From: Proteromonas lacertae
Lineage: Eukaryota
NCBI GenBank assembly: GCA_002245135.1
Contig: NGBS01001160.1
Span: forward strand, 62,001-126,000
Direction: 5' to 3'
Length of the DNA: 64,000 nucleotides
Position numbers and translations under genes: made by a program. A model generated the notes under the pieces. The model was not told the DNA's origin. It searched no databases and saw nothing but the letters and a program-made list of their open reading frames with translations. This document shows positions 12,348 through 25,447 of this stretch, one piece after another (position 1 is the stretch's first letter; every line of letters starts with the position of its first letter).

Positions 12348-13973
12348 TTAACTATGTGATATTCTACCAGCAACATTCACTTCAGTTCTACATTTTACTC
12401 CATCCGCATCCCCTTCAATAATCAACAAAGAAGTAGTTGCATGAAATCTACAGTTTATTCGAATAATTGTTCCATCTCTATTTGATGGAAAACCACTGAA
12501 ATTATATTCATGAACTTTATGATTTTCTTTAGCATAATCACTCTCTCCTTCATACACAGTAATAATAGCATTTGTTGTATTAGGTAAGGACATAAAATAA
12601 TCTTCAAATTCTTTATTAATTGGAGAATTCTTAACTACTATCTTTTTCATCAATGGTTTATGTCTATTAGCAGGATTTATACCTTCAATACCGATTGATA
12701 TATTTACTTTTTCTTGGACTAATACTTTACGGCCTTGAGGAATTAATACTTTCTTACCATTATTCTGTGTAACTAACACTTTTTTACCTCTACCATCATG
12801 ATTATCTACAGTTTCATGGTGATGATTTTCAAGATATAATTGTTGAGCATATAATCCAGCTCCCATTGCAACAGCTTCATCAGCATTTATATTTTTATTA
12901 ATTTTAGATTTTGTGAATAAATCTTTAAGCATATCTTGAATTGCTGGAATTTTACTACTTCCACCAATTAATACAACATCAGTTATATTTTCAGTTGTTA
13001 AGTTCACAGAAGATAGTGTTGTTTTAACCATTTCAATGGTTCTTTGAAATAGTTTTCCACATATTTTAAATAATGATGCTCTAGCAAGTGTAACATCAAC
13101 TCCAGCTGTTTCTAGATCATCAAATTCTATATCAACAGTCTGTGCATCTGATAATGCTATTTTTGCTTCTTCACATTTTCTTATTAGTTTTTTCATTTTG
13201 TTTGGATTTTCTTTTAAATCTATACCAGTCTTTGCTTTATATAAACTGTTAAAATGATCAGCTATCAATATATCAATATCAGCTCCTCCTAAATGAACAT
13301 CACCACCTGAACCAATTAGATTAATCTTATCTTCACCTACTTCTATTATTGATATATCAAAAGTACCACCTCCAAAATCATAGATTAATATTTTCCTTTT
13401 CCTATCAATATCGTTTTCAAATCCATAAGCATAAGCAGCTGCTGTTGGTTCATTCATTATTCCCAATACATGCAATCCAGCCATTTCACCAGCTATTTTT
13501 GTTGCTTCTCTTTGACTTTGGTTGAAATTAGCTGGAACAGTAATAACTACTGAATCAATATCTCTTCCTAAAGCAACTTTGCCTTTACTAACAATAAACT
13601 TCAACAATGCAGCAGATACATCAACTGGAGTAACTGTAAAAGTTGATCCATCCTTTCTATTTAACTCAATTATTGGATCACCTGATCCATTGTCTATTAT
13701 TTTAAATGGTAAATGTTGTATATCATCCTGAATAGCAGGATCGTTAATCTTTCTACCAATCAGTCTTTTTACATCAAAAACCGCATTATTTGTACGACCC
13801 ATAGCATGATTTCTAGCTGCTTCACCAAACATAGTATTAGTCCCATCTTCTGGATATAACACACATGAAGGAATAATGTTCTTTCCACTAATGTCTACCA
13901 TTACAACTTTATCTTCTTTTGGAATACTTATTCCAGAAGTCGTTGTACCTAGATCTATACCTGCAAAACTCAT
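12348..13973 (-). CDS. Atypical Hsp70: intact ATPase domain, degenerate substrate-binding domain, no lid or EEVD; intronless
   Basis: GIDLGTT, ITVPANF, NEPTAAA, DFGGGTFD, LGGADID, LIGGSSKIP, DEAVAMGA; 541 aa. Confidence 0.9.
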   Translation of the reverse strand: MSFAGIDLGTTTSGISIPKEDKVVMVDISGKNIIPSCVLYPEDGTNTMFGEAARNHAMGRTNNAVFDVKRLIGRKINDPAIQDDIQHLPFKIIDNGSGDPIIELNRKDGSTFTVTPVDVSAALLKFIVSKGKVALGRDIDSVVITVPANFNQSQREATKIAGEMAGLHVLGIMNEPTAAAYAYGFENDIDRKRKILIYDFGGGTFDISIIEVGEDKINLIGSGGDVHLGGADIDILIADHFNSLYKAKTGIDLKENPNKMKKLIRKCEEAKIALSDAQTVDIEFDDLETAGVDVTLARASLFKICGKLFQRTIEMVKTTLSSVNLTTENITDVVLIGGSSKIPAIQDMLKDLFTKSKINKNINADEAVAMGAGLYAQQLYLENHHHETVDNHDGRGKKVLVTQNNGKKVLIPQGRKVLVQEKVNISIGIEGINPANRHKPLMKKIVVKNSPINKEFEDYFMSLPNTTNAIITVYEGESDYAKENHKVHEYNFSGFPSNRDGTIIRINCRFHATTSLLIIEGDADGVKCRTEVNVAGRISHS

Positions 13974-14099
13974 TTTTTAAATTTTCTTCTCAAACAGGTT
14001 TGTTTACAGTGAGCTTTTTTTTTACTGTAGAAAATAACATTTATAAAATAATAATAATATTAAAATTAGAATACAAAAGATATAAAGGGTAGTTTTATT

Positions 14100-16678
14100 T
14101 TAAATAAAAAAATTAAGCAAGATTACACTTAAAACAAGAAAAACTGAAGGTAAAAAACAACTAGATCCAGCAAATGGTGTTACTATATAAATAAAATAAT
14201 ATATAATATTAAATATACGATAAGAACAATCAGGTCCTCCCCATTTCTTCCATACCAACGTTCTATTATAAGGATTCATTATATTATTACATTTACAAAC
14301 ACCATTATCACAAACACCATTCGGATAAGAACAATTATTTTCACACCTTAATCCAACACAATCAATACCATAATAACCAGAATCACATATACATCTTGCT
14401 TGTGGATATTCAACACTACAATAACCATGACCATTACAATTATTAGGACAATCTCTAACTGAACAATCATCTGTAATAAAAGGAGGTCTACATTGACAAT
14501 TACCAAAACCATCACAAATACCATGACTTTCACCTGGATTATCAATACTGCACTTCTCTTTTCTAATATCATAATAATATGAAAAATCATAATTCTCATG
14601 TGTTATATTTGTATGACAACAGTGAATGCATTCTTGAAGATATGTTTCAGGATCATACCAACAATAATCACCTGGACAACTAATATTAGAACAATCAATT
14701 CCATAATAACCATAATCGCAAATACAGTAACCGAATAAACACTCACCATGACCACTACAACCATTTACACAATCAGCTATACATATTATAATAAATATAA
14801 AATAATATATACATGTATTATAAAGCCAAAAATCACCAAATATATGTGTAGGTTCAGTATAATTATTATCATAAGGAATTACTTTATCATATCCATGTCC
14901 TCCATACAGCAATATTGATCCTTGTTTCTCAGAATAAGTCAAACTAAAATCAGATCTTTGGCTTGGTTGTTCATATAGATTCTCTACTATACCAACATTA
15001 TTGCCATCCACAACTAAAGTTTCTAAGTTTCTACAACCATCCCAACCTGGTCCTCTTCTTCTAGTTTGATTAATAAATACAGGTTCTGATGCTCTACCAT
15101 CTATTCCATCTGTTGGATGATATCTTGTTGGTTCTCCTTGAACTTGACTTCCATCAACACATGTAGAAGGAAATACAGGTAATAAAAACTCAGTCTTTTG
15201 AATCCATCTTTTCTTTGAATAATGGTATAACCAGAAGTCGCCATAATGATAATTGGTTATATAACCAGACATTAAGAATAACATATCATCTCCAGCTTTA
15301 ACTAACTTATGATCAGTTCTTGCATTTGGTTTAGCTTTAGAAACAGGTGTAATTTCAGTCCATAATTGAGATGTTAAATTATAATACCATAAATCATCTA
15401 AATAAAAGGGTAAAGTAGCAAAGGGTAACATTCCTTCAGCAAATCCTAAACCTCCATTTTCTGTACCATTTCCAGCACCAGTTGATTGACTGTGTGGATA
15501 AGGATACATTGTACGATAACCACCATGAATTACACTATAAAAATAAATAAAAAATAAAACATTCTAATATATATATATACAGTTGATTATCAATAAAAGC
15601 TGTAGCATGTCCAGATCTTTCAGATGGCCAAAATATATCACATTTCACATCATATCTATCTTCCCAATAGGGTCCTGGTTGATTCCAACAGGTTGGTATA
15701 CCATGAATTTCTGTTGAATTTAACTCCATTGATGTTGTATTCAATGTTATTTCCCATAAATCATTTAGAAATCCACCTTTTGGTAATTCTGAAGTATCAT
15801 TCCACATATTACCTACACTATTCATTTGTGCAAAACCATGCCATAATCTATGACCACCAAATAATAAGAAACGGTAAAAATTATTATTATAATTATTATC
15901 TTCATTTTTGGCTGGTGGTATATATGTTAGACTTGATTTCCATCTTTTTCCTGGATTAACTTCATTCCATGACAATTCCATCCATTTAGCATCATAATCT
16001 GGATCATCTATTTTCTGTTTCAACGGATAAATCCATACATCTGCACAGTAATCTAAACATTCAGGAGATAAACCACCATATATCATTAAATAACTATAAA
16101 AATAAAATTCTGTTAAATATATATATTTATACTCTCCTGCTATAACTGCGGTTTGTTCTGATCTTGAATATGGATGAGTACATACAAATACACCTGATTT
16201 ATTAGTTGTACATCCTCCATTAAAAGCACCATCATCAACAACTTCCCAACCACAACTCTCATTTTTGGATTTATCCTCCAATTTTGAGTAACATGTAAGG
16301 TCATATTTCCATATATCGTTGTGATATGAAGTTGTGTAAATATGTCGAGTACATGTGTCATAATACGGTGGAACTTCATCTGTACAATCAGTAATATTCT
16401 TTTCATCATAAGTGGTAATATTAGGTTCACCACATGCATTTTCGACATTTATAGAGTGAGGCATATGTTCTGTGAAGTTATTTACAGTCCTACCTCCAAA
16501 TAATATAATATAATCATCTATGGCCAATAATGAATGACCTCTACGATGTGGAAACTTTACTTTTGTCAGTTTATTGATTTCTGTCCAACCTAATAAAATG
16601 AAACTAGTTAATACAAGATATACACAATGAATAGTGAATAAAACAAAATCCAATAATTAATATAAACAGTCTATTCAT
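14100..16678 (-). CDS. Secreted kelch-repeat plus tenascin-type EGF-repeat surface protein with hydrophobic (GPI/TM-like) C-terminus
   Basis: Signal peptide MNRLFILIIGFCF; kelch R.GH/LFGG/DIW repeats; C.N.CSGHG.C..G.C.C..GYYG.DC repeats; introns restore the frame. Confidence 0.8.
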
Positions 16679-16840
16679 GCTAAAATCTATACGTTGTTCT
16701 AAACAAGTCAAACAGATATCAAACTTATATATATTTTTATCATTTTTCTCTTTTATTTAAGGGTAATTTTACATTCTATATTCATAAAACAAATAAGGAC
16801 AAAGAAAGGAGAAGGCAGTTAGAAAAGTAAATCGGAAAAA

Positions 16841-17425
16841 TTAGGGGACAGTTTTATATCTTGGATCTGTTTCATTTGTGCTATATACAGAATTAACAAT
16901 TTCAGGATCCAATTTCTTTTTCATTAACAAACCATCTTCACCATCAGCATAGTATTTTTCTTCTACATGTTCAATTTCGTATTTGAATATATCTTTATAT
17001 AATCTGAATGCAGCTTTATTACTTTTTCTTACTTGTAAAGATACAAATTTTGCACCATATACTTCAACCATAGCTTTGTGTGTTGCACACATCAACAAAT
17101 ATGCAATACCCATTCTTCTGTGTGTCCTTCTTACTGATATTGAGGTTATATGACCATGAGGAACTTTTTGCTCTTCATCTCTATTATAAACAATAAGATA
17201 TATTGAAACATACAATTTCCCTAATACATATCCTACAACTTTACCATCATCATCTTCTGCAACAAAAGTTAGTTGAGGCCAAGTTAATAAATGATAGAAA
17301 TAGTATTTCATTTGATAGTTTTCTGGTAAACTCCATAAATTATCTGTCTGTACTTGTAGTAGATCTTCAACCTAAAAAATGCATTGATATTGGTAAAATA
17401 CTGTTGCTGTTCTTATATTAACCAT
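16841..17425 (-). CDS. NAA10: N-alpha-acetyltransferase NatA catalytic subunit
   Basis: LPENYQMKYYFYHLLTWPQL, HGHITSISVRRTHRRMGIA, YYADGED. Confidence 0.95.
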
Positions 17426-17550
17426 ATTTTTGAATAAATATAGATACAAGTGTAGTTTTTAGTTTTTGAATAGAAAGCCTAGTTAATTCAAAACTAATAA
17501 GAAGTTTTATTTGAATATCATTTTTGCTTTTTTTTCTTTATTAACTCATC

Positions 17551-19223
17551 ATGTCATTACAGGTATATTTAAAATTAGTTGTAATGTAAAATAGGTAAAA
17601 CCAGGTGAAGGTATTGGTGGTCTTTTAAAAGAAGGTTATAAATCATTTTCTGGTGTTGAGGAAGCTATTATGAAAAATGCAGAAGCATGTAAAGATTTAT
17701 CAACAATAACAAAAACCTCATTAGGTCCAAATGGAATGCACAAATTAGTGATTAACCATTTAAATAGATTATTTGTAACATCTGATACAGGAACAATTGT
17801 TCAAGAATTAGAAGTAGTACATCCAGCTGCAAAAATGGTAGTTATGGCTGCTTTAAGACAAGGAAATGACTATGGTGATAATACAAATTTTGTAGTAACA
17901 TTTGCTGGTGAATTATTAAACCAAGCAGTTGATTTATTAAGAGGAGGAGTACATCCAGTAGATATAGTAGCTGGTTATAAAAAGGCATTAGAATTCACAC
18001 TTAAAACCCTTCCAGAACTCTGTCAAGATAACAAAATCAGTAATGTAAGAGACGTTGAAGAAGTCTCCAAAGCCATCAGATCAGTAATTGCCTCAAAACA
18101 ATTTGGATTTGAAGAACAATTAAGTAAATTCATATCTCAAGGATGTGTTGATGTAATGCCATTAGAACCACACAAACCATCCGTTAATGTTGACAATGTC
18201 AGAGTATGTAAATTACTTGGTAAATCTGTCACTGACTCCTTAGTAATGAAAGGTATGGTATTAACAAGAGATACAAATGGAATTATTAAACATGCATCTA
18301 AAGCCAAAGTAGCAGTATTCAATACAGCTATAGAATCAGCTGGACCAGAAACTAAAGGAACAGTATTGTTAAAAAGTGCTGAAGAATTAATGAATTATAA
18401 TAAATCAGAAGAGAAGATGATGGAAGATATTGTAGAAGCAATTGCAGCTAGTGGTGTAAAAGTAGTAGTATGTGGTGGAAGTATTAGTGAAATGGGACAA
18501 CACTTTTTAGATAAATATAACATCTTATCAATAAAATTACCTTCAAAGTTCGATATGAGACGTATCTGTAGTACTGTCCATGCTACTGCTTTAGTCAGAT
18601 TAGGAGCTCCAACACCTGAAGAAATGGGATATGTAGATTCAGTAGATGTAGTAGAAATTGGAGGAAGAAAGGTGACTATTTTTAAACAAGAGAAAGAAGA
18701 TAGTAAAATCAGTACATTAGTGATAAGAGGTAGTACGAATAACATATTAGATGATGTTGAAAGAACAGTCGATGATGGTGTTAGCGCTGTGAAATCTTTA
18801 TGTAAAGATCAGAGATTACTACCAGGTGCTGGTGCTACTGAGATTGAATTAGCCTATAGAATTCAGAATTTAGGTGAAAGTTGTCCTGGCTTAGAACAGT
18901 ATGCAATTAAGAAATATGCTGCATGTCTTGAAATTATTCCTCGTATATTAGCTGAAAATTGTGGTGAAGATCCAACACATATTTTAGCTGCTTTATATGC
19001 TCAACATGCCAATGGAAATATCAACTATGGTGTTGATGTTGATAATGGAACAGTTTATGATGTACTTAAATGTAATCATCCTGTTTATGATGTTTATTGT
19101 ACCAAAGAGAATGCTTTTAGATTAGCACTAGATGCAGTTATCACCATTTTGAAGGTTGATCAATTAATTATGAGTAAACCAGCTGGTGGACCAAAGCCAA
19201 GAAGTCAACAAAATAATCTATAA
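17551..19223 (+). CDS. CCT8: Chaperonin CCT theta subunit
   Basis: LLKEGYKSFSGVEEA, TSLGPNGM.K, GDNTNFV, SKFDMRR, DDVERTVDDGV, MSKPAGGPK. Confidence 0.96.
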
Positions 19224-19340
19224 ATAAAGAGGCCGCTTTTATTAACATTTACTATTATCTAATTGTTGTTCTTGTGTGTAAATTTAAAAATATAAATTTT
19301 CATCTCAAACATAAGCATCAAGCTTTTCATTTATTTTTTG

Positions 19341-20071
19341 ATGAGTTCTACAACAATAGAAAGCCCGCCAAGACATCCTACTTCGTCAACAGTTACATCT
19401 TCTATACCTGATAGGATCTCGACTGATACTGGAGTCTCCATTACTATACAGTATTTTTTTCATAATCTCATCTATATTTTTGTATATAGAAATATAGTTT
19501 GCACATATAATCTTGGAATTAAATTGGATTTAAAACAGATTGCTATGAAAGTGAGGAATGCAGAATATAATCCAAAGGTATATTTTAGTACTTATTTAAT
19601 CACAGAGATTCAGTGCAGTTATTCTAAAAATTAGATCTCCAAAGGCAACAGCTTTAGTTTTCGGTTCTGGTAAATTAATTTGTATGGGAACTAAAAGTGA
19701 AGTCGATTCCAGACGTGCTGTAAGGTGTTTTAAAGCAATTCTCAAGAAAATAGGTTTTACATCAACAGATGACAATTACACGATACATAACATGGTAGGA
19801 ACTTGTGACGTAAGTTTCCCTATCAGATTAGAAGGTATATGTTGTGAATTTACCAGAGAATCAACAGTATACTATTATATATTTTGATTTATATTTATAT
19901 TAGTATGAACCAGAAATATTTCCAGGTTTAATTTACAGAATGAAAGATCCTCAAGTAGTGATACTTATTTTTGTGTCAGGAAAGATTGTTTTAACAGGTG
20001 CAAAGTCAGAGGAAGATATTCAAAATGGGTTTAACAAAATACGACCAATTCTTGATAAATATAAAAAATGA
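19341..20071 (+). CDS. TBP: TATA-binding protein
   Basis: [49 protein letters not shown] after removing three introns. Confidence 0.95.
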
Positions 20072-20150
20072 TTTATTTAGAATTATGAATTATATGGATT
20101 GTGTATAATACATCTTAATTTTTAAGCTTATTTATTATTAAATTATTTAT

Positions 20151-21388
20151 TTATTTAAACTCATTAAATGACAGAATTATACCAAAGAGAATTTGCTTTA
20201 TAGACACGATTATATCAGTACTTCCATAATGCTTTATGGGATGATAAAAGTATCTATTATGATGTATTTGAGGATAAACATTATCATCGTATTTTACATG
20301 ATCAGAATAATGTATAACTTTAAATGCATCTAAATACGGTGAAGGAAGTGGAAAATATCTATAATTCATCATAACAGACAACTTCAAATATGCATCAGTT
20401 CGAAATATGGAATAACACTCTATAATTGTTGCCTTTTCACTTAACATCCATAATATATTGCAAAGATTTGCACCATGAGGACTTATAATGATTTGATTAT
20501 TCCTAATTAATAGGATTTGATCTCTTGCTGATAATCCATCAAAACATATTATTTCATACTTTACATTATAATTCTTATTCTCTAAATCCTTTAACAATGC
20601 TATTACTTCTTTCATATTTGTAATTTCCCTCTTTCTCTTTTGATTTTTTCTGATTATTACTCCAATTTGAATCATTTTACTAGTAGAATCGTTGATATAT
20701 TTATTCACACCTGTAATTCTATAACCATCATCTCTGAATTTTATTCTCATCAATCGGTCAATGAAGAAGAACCCATTAAAACCACTTCGATTAATAGTAT
20801 GAACTTCCTTGAAGCAAATAGCATATTCATATTTTCTATAATACTTTGTCATATCTTGCATATAAAACTTTTTTACATTTTTATATTTTGATGTATATAT
20901 CTTATCATACAATCTTTGCATTTCTAGAGCAGGTGTATTAATTGAAAAACTATCAAATATTATAGTTTTTACAGGTGGATAATTCTTATCTCCATATATT
21001 TTATATAACATAAAGTTATCCCACTTGACAAAGAGTGTATTTGAATAACTTGGAATAAACCATACTCCTTCAGTTTCAGGCCAAATAAACTTTGTATCTC
21101 TCCCTTTATCTCGATAGTAATATGCAAATCCATATGCATAAAAATGTACGAGTTTAAATTCAAAATTATATACTTCCACATATGGACGACAACTACGTAA
21201 TGTTTTACATACACACACATTCTCTAAAGTAATCCATGAATCACCTATTTTACTATAATCTTCTAAATGATAAACAATATTTGACTTATCAACTAATTCA
21301 GCTACTATTTCTCCAATCTAGCATTATTACATATAAATAATTGCATATATACACTTAAAATCAAGAACAGAACAACCATTTCTTTCAT
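20151..21388 (-). CDS. GT61 (DUF563) glycosyltransferase with N-terminal signal/anchor
   Basis: R..R.ITN..EV, FDGLSARDQI, IISPHGANLCNILW, IIEC; exon 1 MKEMVVLFLILS joined through a GT..AG intron. Confidence 0.75.
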
Positions 21389-21442
21389 TTTCTTCAATAA
21401 ACACTACTGATTTGATAGGAATCAAGCTTATTGATTTATTAA

Positions 21443-23719
21443 ATGAGGGTTTTTCTTTTTATTCTAACCATATTATTGACTGCAGTTGTATGATATATAC
21501 ATATTGATATTATTATTAGAGATGTGATGAAACAAATGAAGTAATTGCTAAAGCAAATCAACTAATTTCAAAGAACAAAAACCAAGAAGCTGCAGAATTG
21601 TACCAGAAGTATTTAAAGAAATATCCAAAAGTTTGTGATATACATATTGAGTATGCTTATCTCCTAGCAGAAAATGGCTTTTTTGAAGAGGCTATTGAGC
21701 ATTTTTCTGCATGTATTGGATATTCATCTATTGATCAAGCACAATTATATTATAATATCGGATATACTTATCAACAGTTGAAGAATACACTAAAATCTTA
21801 TGAATATTATTCAAAATGTATAGAACAAAACAACGAATTTGTTGAATGTCATATAAAAAAAGCATATGCATGCAATATAATGCAGAATATGCAGTGTCAA
21901 TATGAACATTTAAAGATCGCTATAAAATTAAATCCAAAGAATCCATCTTACTATGTATATTTAGGTGATGTATTAAACAACTTGAAACACTTTACAGAAG
22001 CTATATCAACCTATGAAACAGGAATAGAAGTTGTTAAACATTATCCAAAGAATGTAAAAACAATGGAATTATATTCGCTGTTGGAAAAGAGTATTGGAGA
22101 TTCATATTCTAACATATTGTATATATTATTAATATTATTATTTGTATAGTAATCATAAAGAAGCTATAAAACATTATAATATGAGCTATAGAATCAATGG
22201 TGATGGTGGATCATTAATTGGATTATGGAAATCAAAAGATGAATTAATGTATTGGAATAATAGAGATATTATTCTACATAAAATAAAGAAATTAGTTGAA
22301 AATGAATTATTTGAACAAAAGAGTGTTTTATCAATCATTCCATATTTTAGTTTGTTTTTTCCATTCAATAATTCATTGAATTATGAAATTGCTCATCGCT
22401 ATTTCATGAATTATTACACTTATCATAGATTAAAGAATGATAAAATAGAATATAATGAAGAGATAAAGTTAAAACCTAAAATAACAATTGGTTATATATC
22501 TAGAAGATTTGAAAAGTATCCAGGAACACAATTGATGTTACAGTTATTTGGTAACCATAATAGAAACAAATTCAAAATTATCAGTTATGCACATGGTCCA
22601 GATGATAAAAGTTATGAAAGAAATGTATAATTATTTATCGTATTTATTATATTACTAGACAGTAAGAGAGAACAGTGATGTATTTTATGATATTTCACTC
22701 AATAAAACAGAAGATATCGTGAAACTAATAAAAGAAGAAAATGAGATAGATATATTGATGGATTATGATGGTATTCATGATTTTAATAATCTTGATATTT
22801 TAATAAATAAACCATCTCCTATTATTGTATCATTTTTAGGATTTGCTGGTACAAGTGGTAGTAATAATAACATAATCGATTATCTGGTAACTGATTCAAT
22901 TTGTACAGAAGTAACTGAAGCTAAATATTTTAGTGAAAAACTATTCGTTATGCCTCACACTTATCAACCACAAGATGAGAAATATCCTGTGTCTTCTACT
23001 ACACAATATACTAAAGAAGCTTTAGGATTGAAGAATGATACTTTTGTATTTATGTGTTTTAATAGAAATAATAAAATTGATCCATTAATTACACAAGCTT
23101 GGATTCAAGTATATTATTGTTATTAAAATGAATATAGATATTGAAAAAATGTCCAAATAGTATAATATATTTGTACTTTAATAATGGTACATCCAAAGAT
23201 TATTTTATTGATTATTTTCAATCATACGGTATAACTGAGAATAGAATAAAATGGGGAGTAAAACTCAATAAATCTGATCATTTAGTATTTACATAATATA
23301 TAAAAAATATTTGTTATTTGTAATAGGCAAGACAAGTTGTAGGTGATTTATCCTTAGACACTCTATATTATGGAATGCATACAACTGCAGCAGACTCAAT
23401 GTATGTGAATATTCCAGTGTTAACAGTGAAAGGCAATACATTCTCAAATCGAGTTGGAAGTAGTTTGATAAGAGCTGCTAATCTTCCATTTTTAATTACC
23501 AATAGTATAAAGGAATATGTAAATACTGCAATTTTCCTATATGAACATCCTAATGCAGTGGATTTGATAAAGAGACACTTGAAGATGAAGAGAGGGAAGT
23601 ATCCTTTATTTGATAGTGTGAGATATACAATGAATTTGGAAAAGGGATATGAAATGATATATGATTCGCTATTTGTAAATCGAACAAAAAGGTTTAACAT
23701 ATTTCCATTAGATAATTGA
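21443..23719 (+). CDS. TPR + GT41 O-GlcNAc-transferase (OGT/SPY)-like protein with predicted signal peptide
   Basis: TPRs; IGYIS, IDIL.D, SFLGFAGTSG, IDYLVTD, FSEKL..MP..YQP.D, CFNR..KI, LDT..YG.HTT..D, RVGSSL, PLFD. Confidence 0.85.
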
Positions 23720-24009
23720 AGTCTAATTTTGTTTGTTTTTCTTAAGAGTGTTTTTATACATAATTAAGCAGGATTAATGCACAAATAAATATGATTAAGG
23801 AGTTGACATTTTCATATCATCCATTATACTGATATTTTCTACCTAATATTCATTTAGAAGATCTACTCAATTAGAAATTATTTTATTGTGGTAATATATA
23901 TGATAATTAGATAAGGATATGAAAAATATTCTTGTTTCAACTTTGTAACCACATTTTGATTGTTAAATCATAGATTAAACACAAAATTGTTGTAACAGCA
24001 TTTTAGTAA

Positions 24010-25320
24010 ATGGCTTATATTCTTATGTACACTGAATTATTTTATGTTATTTAGATTTTTTTTGTTTTCATGTGTATCATGCAAGTATACACAGCACTTA
24101 AAGTTCAGAAATGATGGAACTTTCAAAATCACTCAGGTATTCGCTATGCTATCATGTTTTTAGATTACTGATTTGCATTTTGCAGCTGATGATGATAATG
24201 ATAGAAAAGCAAATGAGTTACAATCACAGAATCTAAAACTAGATCAACCGGATTTAGCAGTATTCACAGGTGATAGTGTGTCAGATTATTCATGGAATGG
24301 CAAAGAAAAGGGATTCTTCGAGAAGTATTGGATGAAATATACAAATCCCGTTACATCTCTCAAAATTCCTTATGCTTTAGTATTAGGAAACCATGATGGA
24401 GGTTATTCATCAAGAGAACAAATTGTTGCACTTGATCAAACCAACGAATACTCAATGACTGAACGAGGACCAAAATATCTTCACGGAGTTACAAATATAT
24501 CATTTCAATTATATTTTTATCACTAATAGTTATTTCTTAATATATTTTACTATTATATTCCAATATATGATGAAAAAGATGAAAATGTAGAAATGATTCT
24601 ATGGTTTTTCGATTCTATGGCTTATGAATGTTTAGGAGTGAAGAATAGTTGGGGTTGTGTTTATCCTGATGTGATTGAGTGGTATATGAAGGAAAGTAAT
24701 AAAATTAATGAAAAGTATAACAGAACTGTAAAGGGATTAGCATTCTATCATATTCCTCAGTCTGATTTCTTCAATGCTGCACATATAAACAAAATAGTAG
24801 GAAATTATCAGGAAGATGTTGCTTGTCCTTTAATTAATACTGGATTAGTAGCTGCAATGATTAAACAGTATATATATATATTACATATATAATCATAATA
24901 ATTACGTCTAATAGGGGTAATATAATGGGTGTATTTGTTGGTCACGATCATGTAAATGATTTCACAGTCAATTACTATGGTCTAAACTTGACATATGGTG
25001 CAAAAACAGGATATAGTGGATATGGTGAACCCGCAGGCACAAGAGGTATTGTCCTCTCTAAGAATTCTTCAACTTATTACACTTACATTCGTAATAAAAA
25101 CGGATTAATCCAAAATTCTGCTAGTAATAGACAGGTGGTACAATTCAAATGTCCAGATCGTAGTTCCAAAAATGGTTTGAATGCTTTAGAAATATCATCA
25201 ATTATGATCTCTGTTCTGATTGTTATTAACATATCCATTTGCGTTGGTATATACATATGGAAAAGAAAGACCAATAAAGATAAAAAACCAAATCCAAGTA
25301 AACTAATCACTGAAATATAA
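24010..25320 (+). CDS. Calcineurin-like metallophosphoesterase (DCR2/PAP28-type), signal peptide and C-terminal TM
   Basis: LKFRNDGTFKITQITDLHF, VFTGD, LGNHD, GVTNY, FYHIP, FVGHDHVNDF, GYSGYG. Confidence 0.9.
24497..24550 (+). other. U12-type (AT-AC) minor spliceosomal intron
   Basis: Begins ATATCATTT, has branch-like TTTCTTAAT at 24533-24541, ends TTTTAC. Removal gives in-frame HGVTN|YYIPIY and removes in-frame stops. Confidence 0.85.
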
Positions 25321-25447
25321 ATTACATTAATTCTTCATCGTTATTATTATTAGATCGTAATAACTTTTTTTTTGTTAATTGAGAAATACTCTTCAAAAAT
25401 GTAAATCCAAAAAATAAGAAATATAGTCGTTTCATTATTAATCAAGA

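Noticed and set aside
23790..23835. C/D-box-like ATGATTA...CTGA
   Set aside because: Imperfect C box, too short, and expected by chance in AT-rich DNA.
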